64,000 nucleotides of DNA from Bifidobacteriaceae bacterium. Lineage in GTDB: Bacteria > Actinomycetota > Actinomycetes > Actinomycetales > WQXJ01. The first letter of the stretch is position 1; each line of letters starts with the position of its first letter. Positions 36,416 to 45,165 of this stretch are shown here, in pieces. A program made the translations under genes and the position numbers. The notes below the pieces were generated by a model. It did no database searches. It was not told where the DNA came from and worked only from the letters and a program-made list of their open reading frames with translations. The stretch spans positions 782 to 64,781 of the forward strand of contig JAISSX010000008.1 of NCBI GenBank assembly GCA_031272885.1, in the 5' to 3' direction.

Positions 36416-37906
36416 GTGTCGTATCCCTATGACCAACCCCAGCCCGGTGAGGCCAAGGCATCCGCCCTGCAAGTCGAGATGGCCGGCACGGACATCATTG
36501 CCGATGCCGACCGCAAGGGTAAGCCGTTCTCGCTCTTCTGGCCCTGGTTCGCGGCCAACATCTCTGTGCTCGGCATCGGTTATGCCGCTTGGGTGCTGGA
36601 CTTCGGCATCTCGTTTGCGCAGGCCTGTGTTGCCGGCCTGATCGGCATCATTTTCAGCTTCTTCCTCTGCGGCGTGGTGGCTCTGGCCGGCAAGCGCGGC
36701 GGCGCCCCCACCATGGTGCTGGCCCGGGCCGCCCTGGGTGTGCTGGGCAACCGGGTGGCCTCCGTCCTGTCCTGGATCTTGACGGTCGGTTGGGAGACCG
36801 TGTTGACGGCGCTGGCTGTCATGGCCACCGCCACGGTGTTGTCCGAACTGGGCGCCGGCAGCGGCAAGGCCATCCAGGTGATCGCCCTGATCGTGGTGGC
36901 CGTGCTGATCGTTGGCGGTGGCGTGATCGGCTTCGACCTGATCATGAAGATGCAGACCGTCATCACCGTGGTGACCGGCGTGCTGACTATCGGCTACTTC
37001 GCCTTGACCCTGGATCGCATCGACTTCAAGGCCGTGGGTGAGCTGCCTGGCGGCTCCACCCAGGCGTTCATCGGCGCCCTGGTCTTCATGATGACCGGCT
37101 TCGGCCTGGGCTGGGTCAACCTGGCGGCCGATTATTCGCGCTACCTGCCGCGCCAGGCTTCCTCTGGCGGGGTGGTCTGGTGGACCACTTTCGGGGCCGC
37201 CATCGGGCCGTTGATTCTGGTGGGTTTCGGTTTGCTGCTGGTTGGGTCTGATGGCGACCTGCGGGCGGCCATTTCGGATGACCCGGTGGGGGCGCTCACC
37301 AGCGTGCTGCCCACCTGGTACCTGGTGCCGTTCGGTTTGGTGGCCATTCTTGGCCTGGTGGGCGGGGCCGTGCTGGACATCTACAGTTCCGGCCTGGCCC
37401 TGATCTCGGCCGGGCTGCCGGTGCCGCGGCCGGTGGCGGCCGGCATCGACGGCTGCATCATGATTGCCGGCACCCTGTACATCGTGTTCGGCCCCACCAG
37501 CTTCTTCACCATTTTCCAGGGCTTCTTGATCACCTTGGGCGTGCCGATCGCGGTCTGGGCCGGCATCATGCTGGCGGACGTGCTGATGCGCCGGAAGGAC
37601 TACGACGACAAGGACTTGTTCGATCCCAATGGCCGTTATGGCGCCGTGCCGGTGGTGCCGATGGTGCTGATGGTGCTGGGCACCGTGGTGGGCTGGGGTT
37701 TTGTCACCAACGGCTATGCCGGCTGGTTGACCTGGCAGGGCTACTTCATGGGTCTGATCGGCGGCAAGGAGGGCGACTGGGCCTACGCCAACCTGGGTGT
37801 GTTGCTGGCGCTGGTGATCGGCTTCATCGGCACACTGTTCTTGCGCTACGGGGTGGTGCGGTGGCAGGAGTCGCTGCCGCTGTCGAAGGAGATCGACGCC
37901 GCATGA
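36416..37906 (+). CDS. NCS1-family nucleobase/N-heterocycle:cation symporter (cytosine/purine/allantoin permease-like)
   Basis: 496 aa, 12 TM. N-terminal region SLFWPWFAANISVLGIGYA is typical of CodB/Fcy-like NCS1 permeases. Confidence 0.85.
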   Translation: MSYPYDQPQPGEAKASALQVEMAGTDIIADADRKGKPFSLFWPWFAANISVLGIGYAAWVLDFGISFAQACVAGLIGIIFSFFLCGVVALAGKRGGAPTMVLARAALGVLGNRVASVLSWILTVGWETVLTALAVMATATVLSELGAGSGKAIQVIALIVVAVLIVGGGVIGFDLIMKMQTVITVVTGVLTIGYFALTLDRIDFKAVGELPGGSTQAFIGALVFMMTGFGLGWVNLAADYSRYLPRQASSGGVVWWTTFGAAIGPLILVGFGLLLVGSDGDLRAAISDDPVGALTSVLPTWYLVPFGLVAILGLVGGAVLDIYSSGLALISAGLPVPRPVAAGIDGCIMIAGTLYIVFGPTSFFTIFQGFLITLGVPIAVWAGIMLADVLMRRKDYDDKDLFDPNGRYGAVPVVPMVLMVLGTVVGWGFVTNGYAGWLTWQGYFMGLIGGKEGDWAYANLGVLLALVIGFIGTLFLRYGVVRWQESLPLSKEIDAA

Positions 37907-38496
37907 GCACCACCCAACTGGTCGTCATCGACATGCAGAACGTGTTCGGTGCGGACGGCTCGCAGTGGCAGGCACCCCGCTTCGGCGAGATTGTGGAGCC
38001 GGTGCGTGAGTTGGCCGAGGCGTTCGCGCCCAATGTGGTGTTCACGCGGTTCATTTCGGCCCCGCAGCCCACCGGCGCCTGGGTGCCCTATTACCAGGAC
38101 TGGCCGTTCGCGCTGCAGCCGGCCAGCCACCCCATGTGGGACGTGGTGCCGGAACTGGCGGACGTGGCCGGGCGGGTGCGCGGCGTCGACGGCCAGGGCG
38201 AGACGGTGGACAAACCGACCTTCTCCAAGTGGGGGCCGGAACTGGCTGGCCTCCTGGGGCCCGAGGGTCGCATGGTGTTGGTGGGCGTTTCGACCGACTG
38301 CTGCGTCATCTCGACCGCGCTGGCGGCGGCCGATGCCGGGGTCGAGGTGCTGGTGGTGGCCGAGGCCTGCACCGGCGTGGATGACCCGTCGCATCAGGCG
38401 GCGCTGCACGTCATGGGCCTGTATGGGCCCATCATCAAGGTGGTGTCGATGTCCGATGCCCTGGCCTTGGTGGCGGACGCTGAGCCGGCTGCCTAG
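37903..38496 (+). CDS. isochorismatase-family cysteine hydrolase (nicotinamidase/amidase-like)
   Basis: ATG at 37903 overlaps the permease stop as ATGA. Motifs: LVVIDMQNVF (Asp), FSKWG (Lys) and VGVSTDCCVISTALAAADAG (nucleophilic Cys). Confidence 0.8.
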   Translation: MSTTQLVVIDMQNVFGADGSQWQAPRFGEIVEPVRELAEAFAPNVVFTRFISAPQPTGAWVPYYQDWPFALQPASHPMWDVVPELADVAGRVRGVDGQGETVDKPTFSKWGPELAGLLGPEGRMVLVGVSTDCCVISTALAAADAGVEVLVVAEACTGVDDPSHQAALHVMGLYGPIIKVVSMSDALALVADAEPAA

Positions 38497-39564
38497 GTGG
38501 TGGTGATGGGCGGCATCGGGCCTGGTCAGGCGGTTGACAAAGCCCTGGGGGCACTGTACGGCCTGGCCATCGGTGACGCCCTGGGTATGCCCACCCAGGC
38601 CTGCCCGCGGGCCTGGATTGTGGAGCGGTTCGGCCCGCTGCTGCAGGGCTTCGAGCCCGGCCCGCCGGATCAGCCGTTGGCGCCCGGCCGGCCCGCCGGG
38701 TCGGTCACCGATGACACCGAACAGGCCGTCCTGTTGGCCCAGTTGCTGCTCGATGGCGCGGGGCAGGTTGACCCGGCCGAACTGGCCCGGCGCCTGGTGG
38801 CCTGGGAGGACTCGATGCGCCGGCGCGGCTCGCTGGACCTGTTGGGGCCGTCCACCAAGCGGGCGGTGGCAGACTTGACGTCTGGGGTGCCGCTCGATCG
38901 GGTGGGTCTGACCGGCACCACCAACGGGGCCGCCATGCGGGTGGCGCCGGTGGGTCTAGCCGTGGCGCCCGGGCCGGGGTTGGCCGATGCCGTACTGGCG
39001 GCCAGCCGGTTGACGCACGGCACGTCGGTGGCGCTGGCCGGGGCCTGCGGCGTGGCGGCGGCCGTGTCCTGTGGTGTGGCCGGCGGCACTGTGGCCGATG
39101 CCGTGTCGGCTGCGGTGGAGGCTTCCCGGACCGGGGTTGGTCTTGGCCGCTGGGTGGCGGCCGGCGACGTGGCCTCGCGGATCGAACTGGCCCAAGCCCA
39201 CCTGCCCCTGTATATGCGCCGGCGGGCCGAGAAGGGCGAGGACGTCATCGAGAAGCTGGTCTGGGTGATAGGAGAGGCGATCGGTACGTCGCTGGCCACT
39301 CAGGAATCGGTGCCGGCGGCCTTCGCCTGTGTGGTGGCCTACCCGGATGATCCCTGGTTGGCGGTGCGGCTGGCCGCTTCGCTGGGTGGCGACACGGACA
39401 CGATGGCGGCGATGGCGGGGGCCGTGCTGGGGGCCTGCCACGGCCTAGCGGCCTGGCCGGCCGCGGCCGTGGAACTGATCGACCGGGTGAACGGGCTGCC
39501 GCTGCGTGAGTTGGCGGCCGGTTTGGTAGCGCTGCGCGAGGCTGGTGGCGAGGTCGATGGCTGA
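38497..39564 (+). CDS. ADP-ribosylglycohydrolase-family protein
   Basis: 355 aa. Starts on the nucleotide after the preceding stop. Family motifs: ALGALYGLAIGDALGMPTQ, SVTDDTEQA, and C-terminal GGDTDTMAAMAGAVLGA. Confidence 0.85.
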   Translation: MVVMGGIGPGQAVDKALGALYGLAIGDALGMPTQACPRAWIVERFGPLLQGFEPGPPDQPLAPGRPAGSVTDDTEQAVLLAQLLLDGAGQVDPAELARRLVAWEDSMRRRGSLDLLGPSTKRAVADLTSGVPLDRVGLTGTTNGAAMRVAPVGLAVAPGPGLADAVLAASRLTHGTSVALAGACGVAAAVSCGVAGGTVADAVSAAVEASRTGVGLGRWVAAGDVASRIELAQAHLPLYMRRRAEKGEDVIEKLVWVIGEAIGTSLATQESVPAAFACVVAYPDDPWLAVRLAASLGGDTDTMAAMAGAVLGACHGLAAWPAAAVELIDRVNGLPLRELAAGLVALREAGGEVDG

Positions 39565-40489
39565 GGCTGCGCGGCTGATTCATACCGGCAACGTGGTGAT
39601 CGACCTGATGCTGCGCGTGCCCGGCCTGCCCGCGCGCGGCGGTGACGTCCTGGCCGGCCAGGCTGAGGCCGAGGTGGGTGGCGGTTTCAACGTTATGGCC
39701 GCCGCTGCCCGGCAGGGCATGCCGGTGGTGTATGCGGGTGAGTTGGGCACCGGGCCGTGGGGCGAGCGGGCGCGGGCCGCGTTGGTGGCTGAGGGCATTG
39801 GCTGGGTTGGGTCAGCGTTGGATGGCGTCGATACCGGCTACGTGATGGTGCTGGTGGAGCCCGATGGTGAGCGGACCTTTGTGACGGTGCCCGGGGCGGA
39901 GGCCCAGTTGCGAAGTCAGTCCCTGGTGGCGGCCGCGCCGCGGCCGGGGGACTGGGTCTATGTGTCGGGCTACTCGCTGACGCATGCACCCAACCGGGCC
40001 GCCCTGTTGGAGTGGCTGCCGGGGCTGGACCCGGCGGTGACGGTGGTGTTCGATCCGGGGCCGCTGGTGGGGGAGCTTGACTCGGAGGCGCTGGCGGCCG
40101 TGCTGAGCGCGACCGACTGGCTGACGGTCAACCAGGCCGAGGCGATGGCCTTGGTGGGCGCCAAGGCGATCGAGGTGCCCGATTCGTACGACCCGGCCTG
40201 GGTTGTTCCCGGTGGCGGCGCCGGCCGCGGCCGCCAGGCCGGCCTGGTGATTCGCCGTGGCGCCGCGGGCTGCGTGGTCAAGGGCGCCGGCCGGGGCGGT
40301 CTGATTCCCGGCTACCCGGCCACGGTGGTTGACACCACCGGGGCCGGTGACGCCCACACCGGTGTGTTCGTGGCCGGCCTGGCCTCTGGCCTAGCCCCCC
40401 TGGCGGCCGGTGACCGGGCCAACCGGGCGGCCGCCATCGCCATCGGGCGGTTCGGCCCGGCCACCGCCCCCACGGCGGCGGAGCTGTAG
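39545..40489 (+). CDS. PfkB-family carbohydrate kinase (ribokinase-like)
   Basis: 314 aa. PfkB signature VVDTTGAGDAHTGVFVAGLASG. Overlaps the upstream gene. The ATG at 39557 (ATGGCTGA overlap) is an alternative start. Confidence 0.85.
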   Translation: MARSMAEAARLIHTGNVVIDLMLRVPGLPARGGDVLAGQAEAEVGGGFNVMAAAARQGMPVVYAGELGTGPWGERARAALVAEGIGWVGSALDGVDTGYVMVLVEPDGERTFVTVPGAEAQLRSQSLVAAAPRPGDWVYVSGYSLTHAPNRAALLEWLPGLDPAVTVVFDPGPLVGELDSEALAAVLSATDWLTVNQAEAMALVGAKAIEVPDSYDPAWVVPGGGAGRGRQAGLVIRRGAAGCVVKGAGRGGLIPGYPATVVDTTGAGDAHTGVFVAGLASGLAPLAAGDRANRAAAIAIGRFGPATAPTAAEL

Positions 40490-40672
40490 GCCCGGGGTTT
40501 TCAGCCGGGGGCGAAAGAGTTGGTCATCGGCGATACCGATTCGTAGGATGGCACACGGAATAAAGAAACCTTTATCGGTGTTCTTCCGAGACATCCCGCG
40601 GCGGAGATGGGCCGACTGGGGGGTTTGCGCCTCTCCGCGTCTGGGATCGCGGTGCATGGCTGTCACCGCGGG

Positions 40673-40711
40673 CTCAGCGGCCCTGCCACGTTTCCCCTGG
40701 CAGGGCCGCTG
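40673..40711 (-). terminator. perfect 15-bp stem-loop just downstream of the minus-strand dehydrogenase gene
   Basis: TCAGCGGCCCTGCCA (40673-40687), 9-nt loop, TGGCAGGGCCGCTGA (40697-40711). No U-tract. Confidence 0.55.
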
Positions 40712-40717
40712 ATCGCG

Positions 40718-41761
40718 TTAAGCGGCGCGTTGGGAGGGGACCACGATCGACTTGAGGGTGGCGGGGTTGCGCGGCGATTCCAGCGCCTCCACCACCTGGT
40801 CCAGGCCGAAGTGGCCGGTCACCAGGGCGTCCATATTGACCTTGCCCTCGTTGATCAGGCCGATGGCGGTGGGCCAGGTGTGGGCGTAGCGGAAGATGCC
40901 GGTCACCACCAGTTCGCGGGCGGCGATGGTGGCGGTGGGCAGCGTCTGGTCCGGGCTGGGGCTCATGCCGACCAGCACCACCCGGCCGTTGCCGCGCACC
41001 GCGCCGATGCCCTGCACCAGGGCGGCATCGGACCCGGCGGCCTCGATGAAGGCGTCAACCCGCCAGGCCGGGTCGCTCAGGTCGACCTCGCGCGGGTCCA
41101 CCACGGTGTCCGCACCCAGCTTCAGGGCCAGCTCCCGCCGGCCGGCCTGGGGCTCGGAGATGATGACCTCGGCCGCGCCGAAGGCCTTGGCGGTCTGGGC
41201 CAGGATGATGCCGATGGGTCCGCCGCCCGCAATCAGGATGCGCGAACCGGGCTGCGTGCCGGCCTTCTTGTTGGACCAGATGCCCACGGACAGCGGCTCG
41301 CACAGGGCGGCGGCGTCCCAGGACATCGAATCGGGGATGGGATAGGCGAAGTCGGCATCGATGACGGCGTATTCGGCGAAGGCGCCGTCGATGGGCGGGG
41401 TGGCGTAGAACTCGATGTGCTCGCACAGGTTGTAGCGGCCGGCCTTGCACTGGGCGCAGACCCGGCAGATGTGTTGCGGTTCGATCGACACCCGCTGGCC
41501 CACCCGGCCGGCCGGCACGTTGGCGCCCACTTCAACGATGGTGCCAGAGGCCTCATGCCCCAAGATCATGGGCTGCTTCACAATGAAGTCGCCGATCCGC
41601 CCGTGCAGGTAATAGTGCACGTCGGATCCGCAAACGCCCACGGCGGCCACTTGGACCAGCACCTGGTTCGGCCCCACGGCCGGCACCGGCACCTGCCTCA
41701 GCGACACTTGGTTGGCGCTTTCGAGAACACTTGCCCACATGGTGGGGCCGGCTGGGCTCAT
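40718..41761 (-). CDS. zinc-dependent MDR alcohol/polyol dehydrogenase (sorbitol/L-iditol dehydrogenase-like)
   Basis: The ORF track runs to 41935. ATG at 41761 has GGAG upstream (ccgaaGGAGtaaccacc). Motifs: GVCGSDVHYY, GHEASGTIVEVG, and a Rossmann segment ILIAGGGPIG. Confidence 0.85.
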   Translation of the reverse strand: MSPAGPTMWASVLESANQVSLRQVPVPAVGPNQVLVQVAAVGVCGSDVHYYLHGRIGDFIVKQPMILGHEASGTIVEVGANVPAGRVGQRVSIEPQHICRVCAQCKAGRYNLCEHIEFYATPPIDGAFAEYAVIDADFAYPIPDSMSWDAAALCEPLSVGIWSNKKAGTQPGSRILIAGGGPIGIILAQTAKAFGAAEVIISEPQAGRRELALKLGADTVVDPREVDLSDPAWRVDAFIEAAGSDAALVQGIGAVRGNGRVVLVGMSPSPDQTLPTATIAARELVVTGIFRYAHTWPTAIGLINEGKVNMDALVTGHFGLDQVVEALESPRNPATLKSIVVPSQRAA

Positions 41762-41822
41762 GGTGGTTACTCCTTCGGTAGGGCGGTGGACGATGTCGTG
41801 TCGCGGGTAGGGCGGATAGGGG

Positions 41823-42500
41823 TCAGGCGGTCGGTTCCAGGCCCAGGCACCATTGGGCCTCGCGCTGTACCAGCCGGGCCCGCACGGGCGAGTCATAGGC
41901 CACGGTGGCGTGCCCCAAGGCGTTGAACACCACACGCGACCGGCCGATGGTGTCGGCCCAGGCCAGGGGGTAGGTGGCGCCGGCCTCGGTATGCACCAGA
42001 TAGGGCGTCACCGCGCGGTAGAACTTGAGGTCCATGTAGCGCTCGTCGAACAACTGGAAGTCGCTTAGCCCGGCGGCAATTGGGTGGGCCTCGGCCCGGA
42101 CCTCGATGGTGGCCAGCGAGGCCGGCGGGTGGTGGGAGGTGGACCAGTCCCATTCGGCGCCCAGGAACGGGCGCCAGGCCGGATTGTCGGCGAAGGCGGT
42201 GGTGGCGCCGTGCAGGGCCAGCACCGGCCCGCCGCGCTCCAGGTAGGCGGCCAGGCCCTGGCGGGCCTCGGCCCAAGAGGCGTCGTCGCCGTCGAATTCG
42301 GGATCGACGTGGTTGCCGCCGCAGTTGACGACAAGCAGTTCGGTGTGGTCCAGACTGGTCAGGACCTCTTTGGCCAGGGCGTGAACCTCCACGTCAAGGC
42401 CCAGTTCCAGTAGGAGGCGGGCCACGCGGTAGCTGGTGCCGGCGGTGTCATGCCACGGGTCTTCGTTGCGCCCGTGGGCAGCCAGGATAGTGACGGTCAC
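41823..42500 (-). CDS. ThuA-domain protein (class-I glutamine-amidotransferase-like fold)
   Basis: 225 aa. ThuA-like pattern: LLVVNCGGN, GGPVLALHGATTAF, HPIAAGLSDFQLFDERY, GRSRVVFNALGH. Confidence 0.75.
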   Translation of the reverse strand: MTVTILAAHGRNEDPWHDTAGTSYRVARLLLELGLDVEVHALAKEVLTSLDHTELLVVNCGGNHVDPEFDGDDASWAEARQGLAAYLERGGPVLALHGATTAFADNPAWRPFLGAEWDWSTSHHPPASLATIEVRAEAHPIAAGLSDFQLFDERYMDLKFYRAVTPYLVHTEAGATYPLAWADTIGRSRVVFNALGHATVAYDSPVRARLVQREAQWCLGLEPTA

Positions 42501-42560
42501 GGCACCATGATAACGATTTCTTGCCCCATCCCGCTGGGCCCCAGCCGGCCCGCACTAACC

Positions 42561-43628
42561 TCAGTCCAGGAGCCAGGTGGAGGCGGTCAGGTAGCGGTCC
42601 GCCACTACCACGGCGCCGGCCGTCTGGGCCGCGGCCAGGCCGGGCGGCAGGGCGTCTTCGCGGTGGTGGCACAGCCACCCCAGCAACTGCAGCTTGCGCA
42701 GCATGGTCAAGGCCGAAGCCACCTCGATCTCTTGTTCGTTCAACGCGGTCACCTGCTGGTAGCCCTTGATCCAGGCCTTGGCCATGGCCGGCCCGTATGG
42801 CTCTTGGGTCAAGAAGGACAGGGCGGCGGCGTAATCCCACAGGTAGTAGCCGAAACCGGAGTCATCGAAGTCGATCACAGTCAACTGGTCGCCATCGGCC
42901 AACACGTTCGAAGCCCGCAGGTCGGCGTGAATCAAACCCCAGGTGTAGGGGTTCTTGGGGTAGCTCTGCATGGCTTGGAGGGCCTTGAACTGGGCCGCCC
43001 CCAGCAGGGCCGCCTCCTCGGTGCTGAGCTTGGACGCCTCCCAGCGGCCCCAGCGGGCGGACGGCCCCACTATGTCCGAGGTGTCCCAGGCGAAGCGGCG
43101 GAAGCCGTACGGCAGTTCCCAGCCGCGGGCGTGGTTGTGTAGCAGGGCGGACCAGCGCCCGATGGTCTCGTAATAGGCGGACGGGTCCGGCAGGTCTTCC
43201 AGCACGGTGCCATTGACGAACTTGGTGGAGACGCAGATCCAGCCCGTGCCGGCGTTGTCCTTGATGACGCAGACATAGTTGCCGCGCGGGGACGGCACCA
43301 CAGTCAACACGCGCACCTCCGCCACCTGCAACCGGATGGCGTTGATCCAGGCGATCTCGGAGTTGATGGCGGAAGGCCCGCCCACGTAGCCGGGGTGAGA
43401 GACGCGCACGGCGCCGATCGGCTCGCCATCGAGTTCCAGCAGGAAGGTGGCGTTCTCGGACACGGTGATCAAGGTCAGGTCCACCCGTTCGTGTTCCAGC
43501 CCCCAGTTGGCGCACACCCCCCGGTACAGCCAGTAGGGGGCCGGTGCGCCCCGGGTCAGGTGATCGAAGGCGGACAGGGACGGCTCGGCCAGGCCGTCCA
43601 ACAGGGGCGGGTCAAGGTTAACCGACAT
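42561..43628 (-). CDS. APH/choline-kinase-fold phosphotransferase (hydroxylysine-kinase/homoserine-kinase-II-like)
   Basis: 355 aa. Catalytic loop LIHADLRASNVL and metal-binding VIDFDDSGFG. Confidence 0.8.
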   Translation of the reverse strand: MSVNLDPPLLDGLAEPSLSAFDHLTRGAPAPYWLYRGVCANWGLEHERVDLTLITVSENATFLLELDGEPIGAVRVSHPGYVGGPSAINSEIAWINAIRLQVAEVRVLTVVPSPRGNYVCVIKDNAGTGWICVSTKFVNGTVLEDLPDPSAYYETIGRWSALLHNHARGWELPYGFRRFAWDTSDIVGPSARWGRWEASKLSTEEAALLGAAQFKALQAMQSYPKNPYTWGLIHADLRASNVLADGDQLTVIDFDDSGFGYYLWDYAAALSFLTQEPYGPAMAKAWIKGYQQVTALNEQEIEVASALTMLRKLQLLGWLCHHREDALPPGLAAAQTAGAVVVADRYLTASTWLLD

Positions 43629-43707
43629 GGGGGCTCCTCAACAGGGGCAGGGGACTCAAGCAAGCTGCCTTCGACGCTACACCCGCCCCCAGCCCCAATC
43701 CGGGCCG

Positions 43708-43760
43708 GTAACCTGCCTTTTACCTGCCGAACGGCAACCGTAACCAGGTCTTTACCGGCC
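43708..43760. promoter_or_regulatory. phased TWACC repeats in the divergent promoter region
   Basis: GTAACCTGCC|TTTACCTGCC (43708-43727) followed by CGTAACCAGG and CTTTACCGGCC. The four TAACC/TTACC cores start at about 43709, 43719, 43741 and 43752. Confidence 0.3.
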
Positions 43761-43819
43761 GGTGGCCTGGCGGGAAAGCGCGGCGGTCACAATCAAACCC
43801 AGCGAAAGGAGCCCCACCC

Positions 43820-45160
43820 ATGGCCACCGGTTCAACCGTGTTGGACGCCAACGCCTTCAACCCCGCCACCGCCGCCGGGTTGGACCCCGAAACGGCCGAT
43901 CTAGCCCGCCGCCGGGCCGCCCTGCTGGGCCCCGCCTACCGCCTGTTCTACAAGCAGCCGGTGCATGTGGTACGCGGCGAGGGCGCCCGCCTGTTCGACC
44001 CCCAAGGCAACGCCTATCTGGATGTCTACAACAACGTGGCCTCGGTGGGGCACTGCAACCCGCGGGTGGTGGCGGCCGTTCAACAACAAGTGGCCCAGCT
44101 CAACACCCACACCCGCTACCTGCACGGCGCCATTCTGGACTACGCCGAACAGCTCTTGGCCACCCTGCCGCCGCCGCTGGACCGGGCCATGTTCATGTGT
44201 ACCGGCTCGGAGGCCAATGACCTGGCGGTGCGGGTGGCCCAGGCCTACACCCACCACAAGGGCGTCATCATCACGCGGGAGGCCTACCACGGCAACACCG
44301 ACTTGGTCTCGGGCCTCTCGCCCGCGTTGGGGGCGGCCCAGCCGCTGGGCGATGGCGTCCGCACGGTGCCCGCCCCGGACGCCTACCGCCTGGAGCCGGG
44401 CCAAGACCTGGGCCGGGTGTTTGCCGGCCACGTGCAGGCCGCCATCGACTCCTTGGCTTCCGATGGCCTGGGGGTGGCGGCCTTGCTGGTCGATTCGGCC
44501 TTCAGTTCCGATGGCGTCCACCCGGACCCGGCCGGCTTCCTGGCCCCCGCGGTGGCGGCCGTGCGGGCGGCCGGCGGAGTGCTGATAGCCGACGAGGTCC
44601 AACCCGGCTTCACCCGCACCGGCGCCACCTTCTGGGGTTTCATGCGCCACGGCCTGGTGCCGGAACTGGTCACCATGGGCAAGCCGATGGGCAACGGTAT
44701 CCCGATCAGCGCCCTGGTGGCCCAGGCCGAAGTCTTGGACGCCTTCGCCACCAAGCTGCCCTACTTCAACACCTTCGGCGGCAACCCCGTTTCGATTGCG
44801 GCCGCCCAGGCCGTGTTGGACGAGATCCAGCAGACCGGCCTGCAGCGCCACGTCTGTGAAGTGGGGGCCGAGTTCCTGCGTGCCTTGCGCGACGTGGCCG
44901 GCCGCTACGACGTCATCGGCGACGTGCGCGGGGCCGGGTTGTACCTAGGGGTGGAGATTGTGCAGCCGGGCGGCGGCAAGCTGCCCGATGCCGCCCGCGC
45001 CCTGGCGATCGTGGACGGCCTGCGGGCCCGCCGGGTTCTGACTTCGGTTTGCGGCGCCGGTGGCAACGTCCTGAAGTTGCGCCCGCCACTGGTGTTCGGC
45101 CTGCCCGAGATGGACTGGTTCATGACCGAGTTCGAGGCCGTGCTGCAGGGGCTAGCGTAG
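43820..45160 (+). CDS. class-III PLP-dependent enzyme, AGXT2L-like (candidate ammonio-phospho-lyase rather than transaminase)
   Basis: 446 aa with AAGGAG upstream. The stretch YLDVYNNVASVGHCNPRVVAAV...LNTHTRYLHGAILDYAEQLLATLPPPLDRAMFMCTGSEANDLAVRVA...REAYHGNT closely parallels the human AGXT2L1/2 motif pattern as recalled from memory. Confidence 0.8.
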   Translation: MATGSTVLDANAFNPATAAGLDPETADLARRRAALLGPAYRLFYKQPVHVVRGEGARLFDPQGNAYLDVYNNVASVGHCNPRVVAAVQQQVAQLNTHTRYLHGAILDYAEQLLATLPPPLDRAMFMCTGSEANDLAVRVAQAYTHHKGVIITREAYHGNTDLVSGLSPALGAAQPLGDGVRTVPAPDAYRLEPGQDLGRVFAGHVQAAIDSLASDGLGVAALLVDSAFSSDGVHPDPAGFLAPAVAAVRAAGGVLIADEVQPGFTRTGATFWGFMRHGLVPELVTMGKPMGNGIPISALVAQAEVLDAFATKLPYFNTFGGNPVSIAAAQAVLDEIQQTGLQRHVCEVGAEFLRALRDVAGRYDVIGDVRGAGLYLGVEIVQPGGGKLPDAARALAIVDGLRARRVLTSVCGAGGNVLKLRPPLVFGLPEMDWFMTEFEAVLQGLA

Positions 45161-45165
45161 GAGGC

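Noticed and set aside
40391-40712. ORFs of 91 and 100 aa in the spacer between the PfkB gene and the dehydrogenase.
   Set aside because: They overlap the 3' end of the PfkB gene or run through the terminator hairpin. Third-position composition is AT-rich in the unique part, and no RBS is present.
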